Source: Callorhinchus milii
Lineage: Eukaryota
Assembly: GCF_018977255.1 (NCBI RefSeq)
Contig: NW_024704743.1
Coordinates: 21,454,001-21,518,000, forward strand
Length of the DNA: 64,000 nt
Reading direction: 5' to 3'
Positions 25,557-39,564 of this stretch are shown one piece after another. The position numbers and the translations under genes were made by a program. Below the pieces are notes generated by a model. The model ran no database searches, had not been told where the DNA came from, and worked only from the letters and a program-made list of their open reading frames with translations. Position 1 is the stretch's first letter. Each line of letters opens with the position of its first letter.

Positions 25557-28500
25557 AATGGCCATTAAAATGTCATAATTTACAGCATTAATAGCCAGTT
25601 GGAACAACATGACCACATCCCATTTGTTGCACGGACCACCTTAGTGCAAAAAAAATCTTGCAACCTTCTTTATGATTGTCATAATAATCTTGAAATTTAA
25701 TACTCCTGTTACTAATTTATGAAATAACCTCAAACCCTTTCATAGTTTTAAACATTCCTATTATAGATAAAAAAACAATCATGACAGTGAGACTTTTGAC
25801 ATTGAAGCAGAATAAACGCGTTTTCATTACAGTTACATTGAAATCTTAAAATAAATTGCTGAAGAAACGAGTTAAAGTTTTTAACCAGCAGAGGGCAAAA
25901 TGGGTTCAGTTTCATGTTCATGCTGTAAAGTGGTCTACAGTAAGTTCCCATTGCTTAAACTAACAGTAAGCTATGGTAGAATGAAAGCAAAGGTATCTCA
26001 AAGGGTTTTAACATGTTGCCATCGCAGGAATACTGTACTACAGAAAAGACTCCATTTGCAGAATGGTTTCATTGCCATTTTTTACCCCAATCTCAAAGAT
26101 TTGAGTCATTTATTTAAACTTCTAACTAAGTAATTAATAAACAATAAATATCCTTGCATTTGATACGACACCTTATTGAGTTGTCAAAAAGTCTCAGAGT
26201 GCTTAACGTAAAGTGCAGCAAAGGTATATTTTTCAAACGATCGAGGCAGCCAATTCGCACACAGACATTTACCAAGATTTATAAACAACATAAAGCATGG
26301 AAACAGGCCACTCAGCCTAACCATGCTTGGGTTTATACTCCACACAATTCTTCACCCACTCCTTACCCTTCCCATTTCCCTAGCACGAGCCAAGGCTTAG
26401 GGAACCCAGTGTACGTTGGGGTACTGCTGAAATCTAACCAGTTAATGACAAGCATATGCTTGTTTGACAGCACTGTTTGGCAAGCTTTCCCACTACTTGT
26501 CTGGCTAGGACCAGCCTACCCGTTAAGGCTTTGGTTGGCAGAGTGCACAGGAGCTGAGTGGGAAGAGTCCCTGTCCCAAATGACCTGTTTGACCTTCCAA
26601 GTCCTAGTAATGAGCCATGAAGGAATACTCAGGAACTGGACTACTGAGACCACCACAAACGGTGAGCTCAATTCTGGTATTCCATTGCCAAATATGTCAC
26701 TTTGGAGCCAATTCAACTCCAAGGAGACCCTGCTTCGATAAGGTTAACACCCCTAAAACGTCTTAAACCTCTCTTCTCTAAAGGGAAAAGGTCAAATCAA
26801 TCGAGTCTATCCTGATAACAGTAACCCGCTAACCCTGGTTTGATCCTAGTAAATCTGCACTGTACTCTTCCCATTCCTGCTATATTCTTCTTACAGAATT
26901 GGACACATACTCGAAATATGGTTTATCCAAGATTTTATACAAACTCATTTTATACATCACCTTTTCACTTTTACATTCTCTGCCTCTGGATATAAAGCTC
27001 AAGAACCAATTGTATTTTTTTTTAAACAGTTATGAAGTAAATGACCATTTTTTATCTGGGGGATTGTTCCCTTCTCTTTTTGAAGAGTGTATTGAAATCC
27101 TTCATGCTTACCTGAACAGGTAGGCAAGACCTCAGATAATAGTCTCATCCAAAGGATACCACCTCTGACAATGAGGTGCTCCTCCAGCAGTGGATTGGAG
27201 TGTCAGCTTAAATAGAGTTCAAAAACCCAACGTGGGGTTTGAACCCACAACCTTCTGACTCAGAGGCAAGAGTGCTTCGGACTGAGTAAAGCTGACACCC
27301 ACAGTGTGAATGTATGTACCCCTCTAGGAATTTTGTTTTGTGCACTAAATAGGTCTGATCTACTGTTTTATTAGTTTCGAGTTGGCTTTCAGTGGTCATT
27401 CAAGAGTTGCCTAGTAATTGTTCTAAATCAGTTCAGACCTGCATTAGCCATGCTCTCCAGAAATCATGCTAAAGCTCTTCAGTTCTCTGGGAAAGTTGCA
27501 CCTAAAGTACTGCATAGAGCTCTGCTTTAGTTGCTGTGATGTAAGGGAAACTGGAATTAATGCAGGAGGCGGTGAAGAGGAGAGCAACAATTCTCAGTGT
27601 GAAAGGAATAAGCTATCAGGAATCACAAGCTAAGCCAGGGCAAAAGACATCTCCAAGTGGAGCTTTTAGAGGAATACAAAAAGCTTAACGGGTCAAAGAA
27701 AGTAAATCTAGAACAATACTTTCAGATACACCAAGGCATAATGACAATAGGGATACTGATTTTGACATGAAGTGCAAGTTTAGGACTAATATCAGTGATA
27801 TTTAGGTTATCAGTTACTATCAGGAATGGTGGTTGTACCCAGGACACTGAACTCATTTTAAATGATACTGTGATGATAAAGTTGGCATTCTGGAAGGATG
27901 AAATCCAACAGGCTGACAGACCCTCTTCATCTGAATGTCTCAAGGGATAATCTATAGCTCGGTGATCATTTGATACCAGAGGGCAGGGATTCTTCCCACA
28001 AAGCTCTGCTTAACTCTGCAAGCCAAAGCCCTAACAGGGAGGATGATTCTAGCTCGACAAGCAGGAGGAAAGCTTGGCAGGCAGTGCTCAAAATGGCAAG
28101 CTATGCTGTTTTAACTGGTCACACTCCAACAGAACTGCAATGCACACTCTGGGTTCCCCAAGCCTTGTGACTTTCCAGCCTGCGCTAATATTCTCCAGAA
28201 TTAGGTAACTGGGATCCACCCCTCCAAGGAGACGGTGTATGTTCCAATCCAATACACGAGAACTTCCAGATAGAGAAGGGATGTATGGAACTCTCACTTT
28301 GGTTTAGATACTCTTTAGCGTGCGGTGGGTTTCCGCATATGTCAGACACCAGGCTGCCCAAAAAAACAGTATTGCTTGGTTTGGCTTCTGTACTATAACT
28401 TTCAGAGCACACTATCAACATAGTAATGATTTGTTATTCTTGTGTGTGAACAATATCACTTTGACAGTAATGTGCCCCCATGGAGGAGCAGCACCTCATA

Positions 28501-28574
28501 TTCATTCACTGGAAAGCTCTCCCAGGAGGCTGCTGCTTTCTGTTCTGGAATTTCCTAAATTTGGGAACAGTTAC

Positions 28575-28637
28575 CCTCCAACAGTTTTGGTTCCTAATTC
28601 TGCGTTTCCTGTAATGTGCTGCCAAGCCATGAGGCAT
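28575..28637 (-). CDS. Weak candidate alternative first coding exon (MPHGLAAHYRKRRIRNQNCWR)
   Basis: ATG, 21 codons, then AGG|gtaact, phase 0. Repeat-free island with a (CCCT/GCCT)n tract ~100 nt upstream. No homology recognised. Confidence 0.25.
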
Positions 28638-29069
28638 GGAAAGGGTGGGGGTTATTCTTTTAAATCCTTTGCTGGTGAGCAAATTGTTCAAATGATCACT
28701 CAGGTACTAATTCTATTTTTGAGTGCATCTGGAGGCAGGCAGGCAGGCAGGGAGGGAGGGAGAGAGGGAGGGAGGAAGGGAATCCTGTGTGGCAAGAGTT
28801 GCTTGCACAAGCTATGTTGTAATGGTGTAAATGGCTTAAAGGCATGTAATTTTTAACCTTTCGTTTGGGCTTACAGCCAGTGGTATGTGCAGAATGTCTT
28901 CAAAACTGTCCAAATCTAGTAACTAAAATCTCATTCACAGATTAAAGTGTATGCGATGCATTTCACTTTATACTTTTTAAAGTCTGGAACCCCTTGTTTT
29001 GGAAATCTATAACATAGAAAGTTACCTGAACCCGATTTTTCAAACCCTTGAAAATCAAATGTTTATCAT

Positions 29070-29440
29070 GTGAAATCCTGTAGCTCAGTGATTAGGGCAC
29101 TCGCCTCACAAGCGGAGAACTTGTGTTTGATTCCCGGCAGGGCAAAACATTGGGCAAGTTTCCTTATTCTACATGCCTCTGTTTACCTAGCAATAAGTAG
29201 GAACCTAGTTGTCAATCGATTGTCGAATCACTTTTCTGGGGATAAAAATTGTTTCAAAACAAATAAAAATAATTTGGTCACTCAATCCACGACTGTTTGT
29301 GGGACACTGCTGTGCGCAATTGGCTGCCACGTTTCTCCCACAAAAATATAGTCAATTCAGTATATTCTGTGAAGCGCTTTGAGATGTCTTGAAGACATGA
29401 TAAGACGCTATATCAAATGCAAGGATTCGTATTATTATCA
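29070..29440 (+). mobile_element. Full-length young SINE, long variant
   Basis: Colinear with 3211-3587. Confidence 0.9.
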
Positions 29441-30401
29441 AGCTCCACCTCAATTTTTTCCATTCCATGAAGTGCCGGGGTAGATTTTTCAGAAATACTG
29501 GAGTTGCTTACTTTTATATGAAACTGCATACAAATAGCAAAGTTTGAGGTAGTGACAGAGAAATCTATGACTAAGAAAAATGATGCATGAAACTTCACTG
29601 ATCATTTTCTCAACGGACTTCCTTGGATTGATGCAGAAACTACATGTGCTCTTAGTGTATAAACAAAGAGAATATCTTAATTGCTTGCAATTTACATGAT
29701 GCTCATGGTCTTCAGAGGATTGATAGGCAGCTCAGTCATAGGATCAGAAGGACACCAGTCAACCAACAAGTATACTCTGTCAGTTTATCAGGTAATGGCA
29801 GAAAAATCCATTCAGATTATTGTGACTTCTATTGCAAATAGAAAACCGTCGTAATGATGTATAACCAGGCCCAGCCTGGCTGAGTTGGTAGGACTTTCGC
29901 CACATGGCGGGACTTTGAACTCACAGTCTAGGTTCACATTCCAGTGTAGTACTGGGTGTGCAATCCATAGGAAGAGTCATTAAACTGAGGTCCTGTCTCC
30001 CTATTCAGGTTGACATTAAATATGGCAATATTCAAAAAGATTTTTTTGGTCAGCCAGGTGTCTGACACATGCAGAAACCCATCACCATCACTTAAGTATC
30101 CAAACCAGACAGAGCTCCACGTACATACGCCACCTGCACATGGAAATCGCCCTGTATCCGGAATGGAATATGCACTCTCTCCCTGGAGGACACTGTCTAC
30201 TTACCCAATTCCAGAGAGTATTTGGCATAGGATGGCAAGAGCCAAGGCTTCAGGACCCCAGACTGTGCATTCAGATATTGCTGGAGTTTAACCATCTAAA
30301 ACTGAAGAGCTTGCCCTTGAGAGCACTGTCTCACAAGCGTTTCGCTGCTTGTTCAGTTGAACCACCCTACCCATCAGGGCTTTGGATTGCAGGATTAACA
30401 A

Positions 30402-30854
30402 TTCAATTCGAATTCAAGATCCTCATCCTCACCTACAAGGCCATTCACGGCCTTGCTCCCTCCTACCTCTCCGACCTACTATCCCCCTACCTACCTGCCC
30501 GTACCCTCTGTTCCTCTGGCTCCGGTCTGCTCCACATCCCCCGCCCCAACCGCCCTACCATCGGTGGCCGGGCCTTCAGCCTCTCAGACCCTAGGCTCTG
30601 GAACTCCATCCTCCAGTGCCTTCGCCGCCTCCTCCCTTTCCTCCTTCAAGGTCGGTCTCAAGACCTTTCTCTTCGACCGTGCCTTCAGCTCCCCTCTCGA
30701 CTCTCTACCCCCTCCTCGCTCCCTCCCTTCCCTCCCCTCACCCTGACCATTTCCCCCCTGCTCGGGTCCTGACCCAACTGTCCAGCGCCTTGGGACGTCC
30801 TCCCGACGTGAAAGGTGCTCAATAAATGGAATCTTGTTGTTGTTGTTGTTGTTG
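30402..30854 (+). mobile_element. L2 LINE 3' fragment with 6-bp duplication TAACAA
   Basis: Open frame FKILILTYKAIHGLAPSYLSDLL..GGRAFS...PRLWNS; TAACAA at 30396-30401 and 30855-30860. Confidence 0.9.
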
Positions 30855-33831
30855 TAACAAGAGCCAAATGGGAAGAATCCCTGACCCTCTAAGTCCTGCC
30901 AACAAGCCAGGCTTTCTGGCCTGTGATCAGCGGTGCCCTGCCTCGTAACCAGACTACCGAGACCACTACAACAGAAGATTGAATCGACTCCAACATTCCA
31001 TTGCCAAGCATCTCACCTTGGAGCCACCTCAACTCCAAGGTGACTGTGCTGTCCTCCACCCCCCCACCACCCCGGGAGAATACGCTAATTTTAAAAATGC
31101 AATGAACCGCTGCCTCACATTACAAGTACAGGTCAATCTTTGCTCCTGCATTAGGATCTTGATTTCTATCTATCTCTTCCTTAAGCTAGTTACATTTTTC
31201 TAATTTGTAAAAGCAAACCTTTCACTACCTGCATAATTTCAAACAAACACTTGACTAACAAGAGTCCTAGAATGGAGTATTTCGTCTTTAAAGTCTATGA
31301 ACTACCCGAGAATCCCCAAACAAGAGAATTACCAAGGTCCAATTTCCAACGCATCCAAGTTTTCAAAGTGTGCATAAGATCACATCAAGTTTGGAATACC
31401 AATCTTACTGTACCAAACCAATACCAATCCTACTGTATTTAAGCATTCAGGGACGCTGTCCTGCGTGAAGAGCACAATATAAATACAAGTTGTTGTTGTA
31501 TTCACCCTCAAATAGTCACTACACTCTACTGCAAATTCTGAGTACTGCATCAATTGCAAGGATTATTATTATTATTCTTTTTAGAGCATCACATAATTTC
31601 TTAAATTAATCTTGTGTTCTTGTCTCAACCATCCTTCTTGGCAATTATAGCTGTGATCAGTAGAGCTAAATCGTTTAGGTTGACAAATGCAAAAATCAAA
31701 TCATTTCTGAGTAGTAACTCAAAAAAACGCCTGAGAAGAAAAGGAGAGAAGGAACTGTAGCCAAGTGCCTATATCCTATCACCAAAGAGCTACAGTTTGA
31801 AAAACAAATATAATGGTTGGAATTTTGTTTAGAAACATCCTTTGCATCTTAATCTAAAATAAGATAATTTCAAGCCTTGAAACTGTTACAGAATTCTTTC
31901 ATGGAATTTGAAGCATTAAAACCCAACTCATATTGTATAGAGAAAAATAAATTGACCTTCCTTTCCTGGCTGCCACCAGTATTACAATGAAATATAATTG
32001 CAAATATTGTGAAGTGCTCAATATCTTTTTTAAAAAAAATCTTTTCTATTTACAGGTTCAGTGAATCAGTTTCAAATGAAGTAAGAGATTACCATTCTGC
32101 TCCTGAGAGTAAAATGGATCCAGAACATTTAGCAATTTTAAAGTAATTTCATTCTCACCAACAAGGATCAACTGTGATGATTTATTCAAAAATATTACCC
32201 CAAAACAAATGTACAGAACAAAGGGAATAATAAAGTTAATTATTATTGACAGAAATTTTAGAAAGTGAAGTTTTGTACTCGTCAAGGTCAGAGAAAGCAA
32301 TACCAGGAAATTTGATTACTCTGAATTTCAAAATGAAATACATAAAGCAAATTAAGTTATGGTTTATTTACCAAAAGAAACAGACACTCGGATAAGACTC
32401 AAGTTACAATTTATATGAACATTTCCTACGTTTACGACCTCTAACAGAACATTTTAGTGGTACGGGAAAGTGGGTAAAGAAACATTCTGCTTTCATCAGT
32501 TGCGCAAGAAAGAGCTTAGACTTTTGAAATGCTATCTTTACTTCTAAACAACTTTCTTCTACAGGTCAAGCTAAGAACTATTCCTATCACAGGACCTAGA
32601 AACACAGGCTACTGTGTCTATGCAGACACCTCATATTGTGAAATGACAGTTTATGAAGCTCCTTTCCAAAATGAAACTGAAAAGATCCACGCCTCCCTTT
32701 CAGCTTTTATAAGGGCATTTTAAAGCAAAACAATGCAGTATTATCAAAGCTTTTCATTGAGCTTCATCAACCATGAAAACCGATGGAATATGCTTCTGCT
32801 AAGCTACCAATCCAAGGCACAAGAGGTTTGGGAACTTCCTGTCACAAAAGCAGCTAACTGCAGTGGAAGCAACGCACAATTGAAATAGCTTACCCTAAAT
32901 TTCACACTTGAAAATGTATTTTAAATTTATGTGCTCAGCTTAACTTGTTGGTACTTCTCAAATGTTACGAACGGGACTGGAAAGTTACATATTAACTGGA
33001 GGTCAAAAATGACTTTGAAGTCATTCAATACTTTTTTTTCAATATTTGACCTACTCTGGACGGCTGTGCTATTTTCAGGTCTGCAGTGCCACAGCCATGG
33101 TTTAATTCTCAGCTCACAAAGCACGACTCTATGCTGCACTATTAAATATCACATAATCTTTAGAGTTATATAAAGTGCTCCATAAATTGAAAAAAATCAC
33201 TAAGGATTAACTGTTTTCACTTCACATCAACAGAGACATTTAAAGCTTATAGGTAATCGTCTAAAAAAAATTCTCCACGTTTTCATGCGCACAAAATATT
33301 CATTTGCACACAAGATATACAGTCAATCCATTTTACAATATATTCTGTGAATCACTTTGAGGCATCTCAACGACATGATAAGGTACTATATCAAAATGCA
33401 AGGACTGTTATTGTTATTATGGTACTTTTCTTCAAATTGAAAATTTCTCCTTTTTACAGCACTAAAATACTAACTAAACTTAACTTTAATTGTTTTTTTC
33501 TACATCGATTAATTCCTACTTTTTCCAAATACTGGGGTACAATTCCACAATTGAAATCCTTATTAAAACTGAAATTTAAAACATGTCACATGCATATTTA
33601 TTACGAGGAATGTTCGACACCTAGTCCTGATAAGTGAAGGAATGTGATAGTAAAAATACCAGCAACAAACAAGTTATCTTCCTCTATAGGATGCATCCAA
33701 ACAAACAGGCTTCAATTATTGGCAAGTGATGCTACATTCTTTGCATACTGGAACAAGAACCACTACTGGAAGGATCAGGGTGAGAAAATAGTTTCACTGG
33801 ACAATTTGCAAATTACAATTAGAATTAAGCG

Positions 33832-34390
33832 GGTCTCCTCGGAGCTGAACTGGCTCCAGGATGACATGTTTGGCAACTGAATGGCAGAATCAAGCCAGTC
33901 CTCTGTGGCAGTCTCAGCAGTCCAATTCAAGCCAAACGGGTCTGCAGTATTCCAGGACACTGCTGATTACAGCACAACCAACCTGACTCATCGGCAGGAT
34001 CTGGAAGGGCAGACCAGTCAATGGGAGGTGGGAATCCTCCCCTCAGTTCCTGTTAATCCTGCAAGCCAAAGCCCTAACTGGTGGGGTGGTCCCAGCTGGA
34101 TAAGCAGCCGGAAAGCTTGCTAGGCAGTGTCATCAATGGCAAGCTGTGCGGTTTTAGCTGGTTAAGACTCCAGAAGTACCCCAACGCACACTCCCCAAGC
34201 CTCGACTCTTGCCTAATATTTTCCGGTAAGCCGGATGTGTCCCTTCAGGGAGAGAGTGCGCATTCAATTCCAACAATCTATCTCTGGGATTTTCAATGTG
34301 TAGGTGGCATGCATGGAATCTCATCTTGGCTTGGATATTCTTAAGCATAGTGATGGTTTTTGCATGTGTCAGACACCCGGCTCACAAACA
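33832..34390 (+). repeat. Best copy of an unclassified ~560-bp A-tailed interspersed repeat
   Basis: Homologous segments at ~18125-18385(-), 21860-22110(-), 26383-26733(-), 27976-28367(+), 30041-31060(-, split), 41195-41380(+) and 41966-42705(-, split). Confidence 0.85.
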
Positions 34391-34806
34391 ATTTAGAATT
34401 CAATTTGCAGAAAGTACATGAATGAAAACATAAGAAACCACAGTAAAGGGTCCATCTAAACATCAATAAAATCTTGTTAGTAAGATGGTAATATTCTTAA
34501 CTTTTCAAATTCAAACCATCTTGAACTCCTTAATACAATGGATATCTCTGTATGAACCCCCCTTGGTAAACTATGTTGATCAGCAGTTTCTCACCTGCAA
34601 AATAGGTGGAATGGCACTGAATTTCTTTTTTCAACTGGACTACAAATGACCAAGGAAACTGAAAATTTGAGTTTAACAATGTATGAACATAAGGTAGGAA
34701 CAGAAGTAGACCATTCAGTCCACTGAATGTGGTTAAAATATTTTATTGGATCATGGCTGACTTGCAACTTAATGCAATATTTTAGTGCTAGCTTAAATTT
34801 CAATCT

Positions 34807-35385
34807 ATGGTCAGACTAACTCAATTGGTAGCACTCTCACTTCTGAATCAGAAGGTTATGGGTTCAAGCCTCATGCTGGGACATGAAATTAAAATTAAAT
34901 AATTAATAACCAACTTGAGGTTAACTTAATTCAATAAACTCAGTTTAGGCTGACACTCCAATGTAAGCCTGGTTCGGGTGGGGGGGCACTGTTGGAGGTG
35001 CTGTCCTTCAGATGAGATGTTAAACCAAGTTTCCATTTGCCTGTTCAGATGGACATTAAAGATTCCATGACAATATTCAAAAAGAGAAGACTTTATTTTG
35101 GTGTCTTGGTCAACAATTCCCCAAATAAAATTGGTCCTTCACTGCAGACACTGCTGGATGCAAATTGGTTGCCATGTTTCCCTGCACTTATAGAACGATG
35201 ACACTGCAAGACAAGGTGTAGGTTCCTAATGGAGACCAAACAGTGAGTAAAACTGCGCTTTACCATATTAATCCTACTTTCCATACACAGTTGCTACTCT
35301 TCACAGTAAAATCCTGTAAAGCGCTTTGAGGTGTCTTGCCAATGCGATGAGGCACGATATCAAATGGAAGGCTTATTATTACTAT
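34807..35385 (+). mobile_element. Older DeuSINE with a 101-bp duplicated insert
   Basis: Same head, body and tail as 59735-60125. Confidence 0.75.
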
Positions 35386-38300
35386 TACATAACTACAGGA
35401 CAACATATCATAGTATAATCACTTGTAAACATGATTTGGCTGTGGACAGACATTTTCTTACCTGAAAATTAAAATCATGGCATCCAAATCCCATTTGGCA
35501 AATTTAATTTTGGCAAAAAAAGGCCAAATTTCAGATCACAGATCAAATTTCTTCCTGGGTGCCTCACATGTACACAGAGAGAGACAACAGTGGTGATCTG
35601 CCCATTTTATTGTGCCTTTTCATAATGCAAGACCTGAAATATTAATCCCAGAAAACTGTGGGACAAAGGGTTGGCCTATATGTAAAATTCACAGAAGGAA
35701 CATGCCTTTTATAATATTAATCTCTGGCAATTGGGTTGAAGATTCTGGGCATATGAAAGTATAATGCATCCTCAAACATCCAAACTAAAATACAACTGAA
35801 TTATAATAATAATAGTAAAATACTTGCACATGGAAAAACACAAAACATTGGAGAAAGCTGATGAGTACACAATTGTAGTATTCATGAGCAGGACCCACAT
35901 AAATTGAATATGCTTTGAAACCAGATCAAAATCCTGATACGCCTATATAGAGATAGCACAACTTGCAGGGCAGCGCTTATAGAGCGATGACACTGCAAGA
36001 CAAAATGTAGGCTCCTAATGGAGACCAAACAGTGAGTAAAACTGTGCTTTACCACATTAATCCTATTTTCCATTAAATTGGCCCTTCTTATGAGTCTCTA
36101 CGTTGTCCTGATACCGCAAGCAAAATAAAGATTTCCCCATTATTGAAAAATGGCCATTTGCTTGATTTAAATCCTGGTAGCAGCCTGAACAATCCTGCAC
36201 AATCGTGGAATTAGCACAAATACCACATAATTTAGTTTCCAACTTGGAGAGAAAATTCGACATTAAACTGGTTAAAATTTAGCGATGATTACAGTCTAGA
36301 GATCCAACACGCGAACCATTTGGAGCCTAAATACAATTTAACATAAGACAGTCACACACGTCTCGCTTGTGATGCGAATGCTCTTACCCACTAAGCTACA
36401 GGTTCCAAGCAGTACTGTATAAATGGTCAACTAATGAGAGTTCAGAGATTTTCAATAGAAAATCATGGGTGCTTCTCAACTACAGTGTTTGAAATAAAAT
36501 TGACAGAGCTATCAGCAGTTAATCAACTTGTAGAAATGTATTGCGGTACGTGTCATTCTGTAGTTTAGATCACTATAACTTGATTCAAAATAAACACACC
36601 CTCTGCAATCCATCCCAGGGTGAAGAGGTCATACTATGATTGCCAAAATATGCTCTGCAGCGAGATGCCAGAGGGAGACAGGAAACCATACTCTGCAATT
36701 AAATACAGAAGTCAGTGTCAGAGGAAGACATTGTATTGTTGGCTTCTTATGACTTGATAATTATTTGACATTGCATCTTTAAACATAGCTGATAAATTCC
36801 ACAGTCCACTGTGAAAGTCACAATTAAAGTCAATGCAAAATGTTGCTCTAGATTTACTCCCCTCTCACTCACCCCCCACCCAAAAAATATTTGTCATCGC
36901 TAGTAACTACCACTGCAGAAAGAAGGTGCTGAACTAAAACTATTTACAGTTATTAATAAGACCAGGAAAGGCTGAAAGTCCACCTACAGTAGTTTTGGTG
37001 TGTAAGGTGATTTTGTTTGAAAATTTAAGGCAGTGTAAACTCTTTGTATTCAGCCTTAAGTTAACTGATTTTACAGCTTCTTGAAGGTCTTCAATACATG
37101 ATGCATGTTAAAGTTATTTGAATGTTGCAAATCATAACTTACCTTTGAGCTGCCAAACCCCAAACTATAGAAAGGTCCGAATGGGCCAGCAAACTGATCA
37201 GGAAACCACAGCTTTGGCCTGTATAGGCAGCCTGAGTATGTTGTGTACCCACAGTGGCAATGAAGGGATAAGTGAGTACTGTAATTACATAACCTCAAGA
37301 GTTCTGAGACAGTTATTTCACAAACAAAGTTTGGGTTTTGCACAGAAAGCCAGTTCAAACTTTCGTCAGTACAAGTACAGCTTTAGAACGTAGATACAGA
37401 GTTAGATAAGATAGCCCACCTCAGGAGGTTGACCCATCATTTTTTGCTTTATACTGGCTGGTTACCAGTGCAAAGCAACACCAATGGAGGAATAGGTCTA
37501 CATAGTCTCTGCTAATCTACTATTTCCGGCGACAATGATGAAAGCCATCAACAGTGGAGTTTCATTACAAGGTAGTGGTTGCGAACCAGTTACATTGCAC
37601 ATGCGTGCAGCTGGCCAGCACACCGCCTGCATTCCGGTTGGTTTGTAGGTTAATACAATGGACAACTCATCATCTAGTTACCAACATCACTATTATTTCC
37701 ACCGATAGGCTAGTCAATAACTAGTGGTCATAAATTTATGTCAATTACCAAACGAACAGAGGGAACGGTTAGGAGTATTTTAAAGGGAGTTGTTAGGATT
37801 TGGTCACTCTTCCTGGAACCATGCTTTGAGGCAGAATTCATATTAACTTTCAAGAGAAAATTAAATAAATATCTGTGAAGAAAAACATAAAGGTTATGGA
37901 GAAAAGGCAACAGAGACAGCATGATGGGCCTAATGACCTTCTTCTGTGTTGTAATTGGAAGTCCAGCGTAGACTTTATTATGATCGGAGAAAACATTGCT
38001 TTCTCAGCCAAGAAGATGACACGATTTAAACTGCAACACTCCATCTGGCATCCACATGAGTAGATTTAACTTTGGTCAATTTAAACATCAGCAAACTGTG
38101 GAAGATCAAGTCACGTCCTTGTGAGAGTTCAATATTGAACCACCTAAGCTACTCTATAATTAAATACAGAAGTCAGTGTCAGAGGAAGACATTTCATTGT
38201 TGGCCTCTTATAATCATTTGACAGTGCATCTTTAAATAGTGGGCAACCATTATGTACAATAACATTCCTCTAGCGTACTAGCGATTTATATAAAGACCTC

Positions 38301-39252
38301 CGCTAACTTTCGAAAATAAAATGGAACTTGGGAATAACCCTTGTAAAATTCAACCTACATTTCCAAAATAACACCGTTAACAGATAAAATTTCAGTCAGG
38401 ATTTTTTTTTTTTGCAAATTGCATCTCAAAGGGCAATATATGATTCCAAGAATTTCTGATTAAAGTGAATACCACACAAAAAATACTAGCATAATTAATC
38501 AGGCATTTTATACATTGTAACCGGAGGATTAGTAATAAGAAGGAATGTAAACACAAGCTGCGACCATGGCAACAATTTTCAGTAGAGATCTCTTCTCCAA
38601 CCTTAGCTGGCATTTCAAGAAAGCTTTTCTAACTGGCTGACAGTGACACGCTGTGCCTGCACTGCAGCAATCTCTGCAGCATTTCCCAATACAGTCGAAC
38701 CTCAAGAGTCTGACATCTTGGCAGTTTGCAGTGCAGAAACTGAACGTTTTCTTTTGTGATTACGATACCCGGTTATCAATCTAACATATAGAATATTTAA
38801 TCTGTATTTGTTTCATCTGTTTTTTTTTTTAAAAAAAGTACGAGAAGAATTATTTTTAAACTGCAAAAAAAAAATTGGAATACAGCAAGCCATGATAACT
38901 CGACCCTGACTTAACTTGTCATTATCGCTTAAGGTGCCATGCCGACACTATACCCTAGCTGCTTCTCAATGGAAAATATAAGGGACATCACTTTACTTGT
39001 CACTCTGCTTAACACGCAACTTGCCTGATTCTAGAAATTCTTATAAGCGCTTACAGTGTAAACTTGATTGGATAACCTGTCTTACAAGATGTCTTGCATC
39101 GCCAAGACCTCCCGTTCTATGCTGTGACTGGTGCAGACGCTTGGCGAAGTTTGGGCGGGCATGTTCTGATGTGTCACAGAGACTTCTGGTCTATTGGAGG
39201 GGCATGCCGTAGTCTCCCATCCTGCCTCCTGTCCTAGCCTGCGACAGGATAA

Positions 39253-39564
39253 TAATAATCCTTGCATTTGATATAGCGCTTTTCACGTCTTCTCGACGTC
39301 TCAAAGCACTTCACAGAATGGACTGTAAAGTGAATTGACTGTATATTTGTGGGCGAAACGTGACAGCCAATTGCGCACAGTAGTGTCCCACAAACAGTCG
39401 TGGATTGAAAATGACTAATTTATTACTGTTTGGTTTTTTTTTTTGGAGGGATTATTATTAGGCGTGTGGAGTAAGGAAACTTGCCCAAGGTTTCGCCCTG
39501 CCAGGAATTAAACCCAGGTGTCTCGCTTGCAAGGCGAGTGCTCTAACCACTGAGCTACAGGAAT
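39253..39564 (-). mobile_element. Full-length young SINE, short variant, with 9-bp target-site duplication ACAGGATAA
   Basis: ACAGGATAA occurs at 39244-39252 and 39565-39573. Confidence 0.9.

Noticed and set aside
33832..34390. Telomerase RNA retrocopy (similar size, contains ccctaac)
   Set aside because: No CTAACCCT template near the 5' end, no recognisable H/ACA end, and some copies extend further 5'.
38602..38613. Possible tiny first exon ATGCCAGCTAAG|gttgga
   Set aside because: Weak donor and no other support.
38690..38705. TA-CAGTCGAACCTC, a Tc1/Tigger-like terminus
   Set aside because: No partner inverted repeat found and too short to call.
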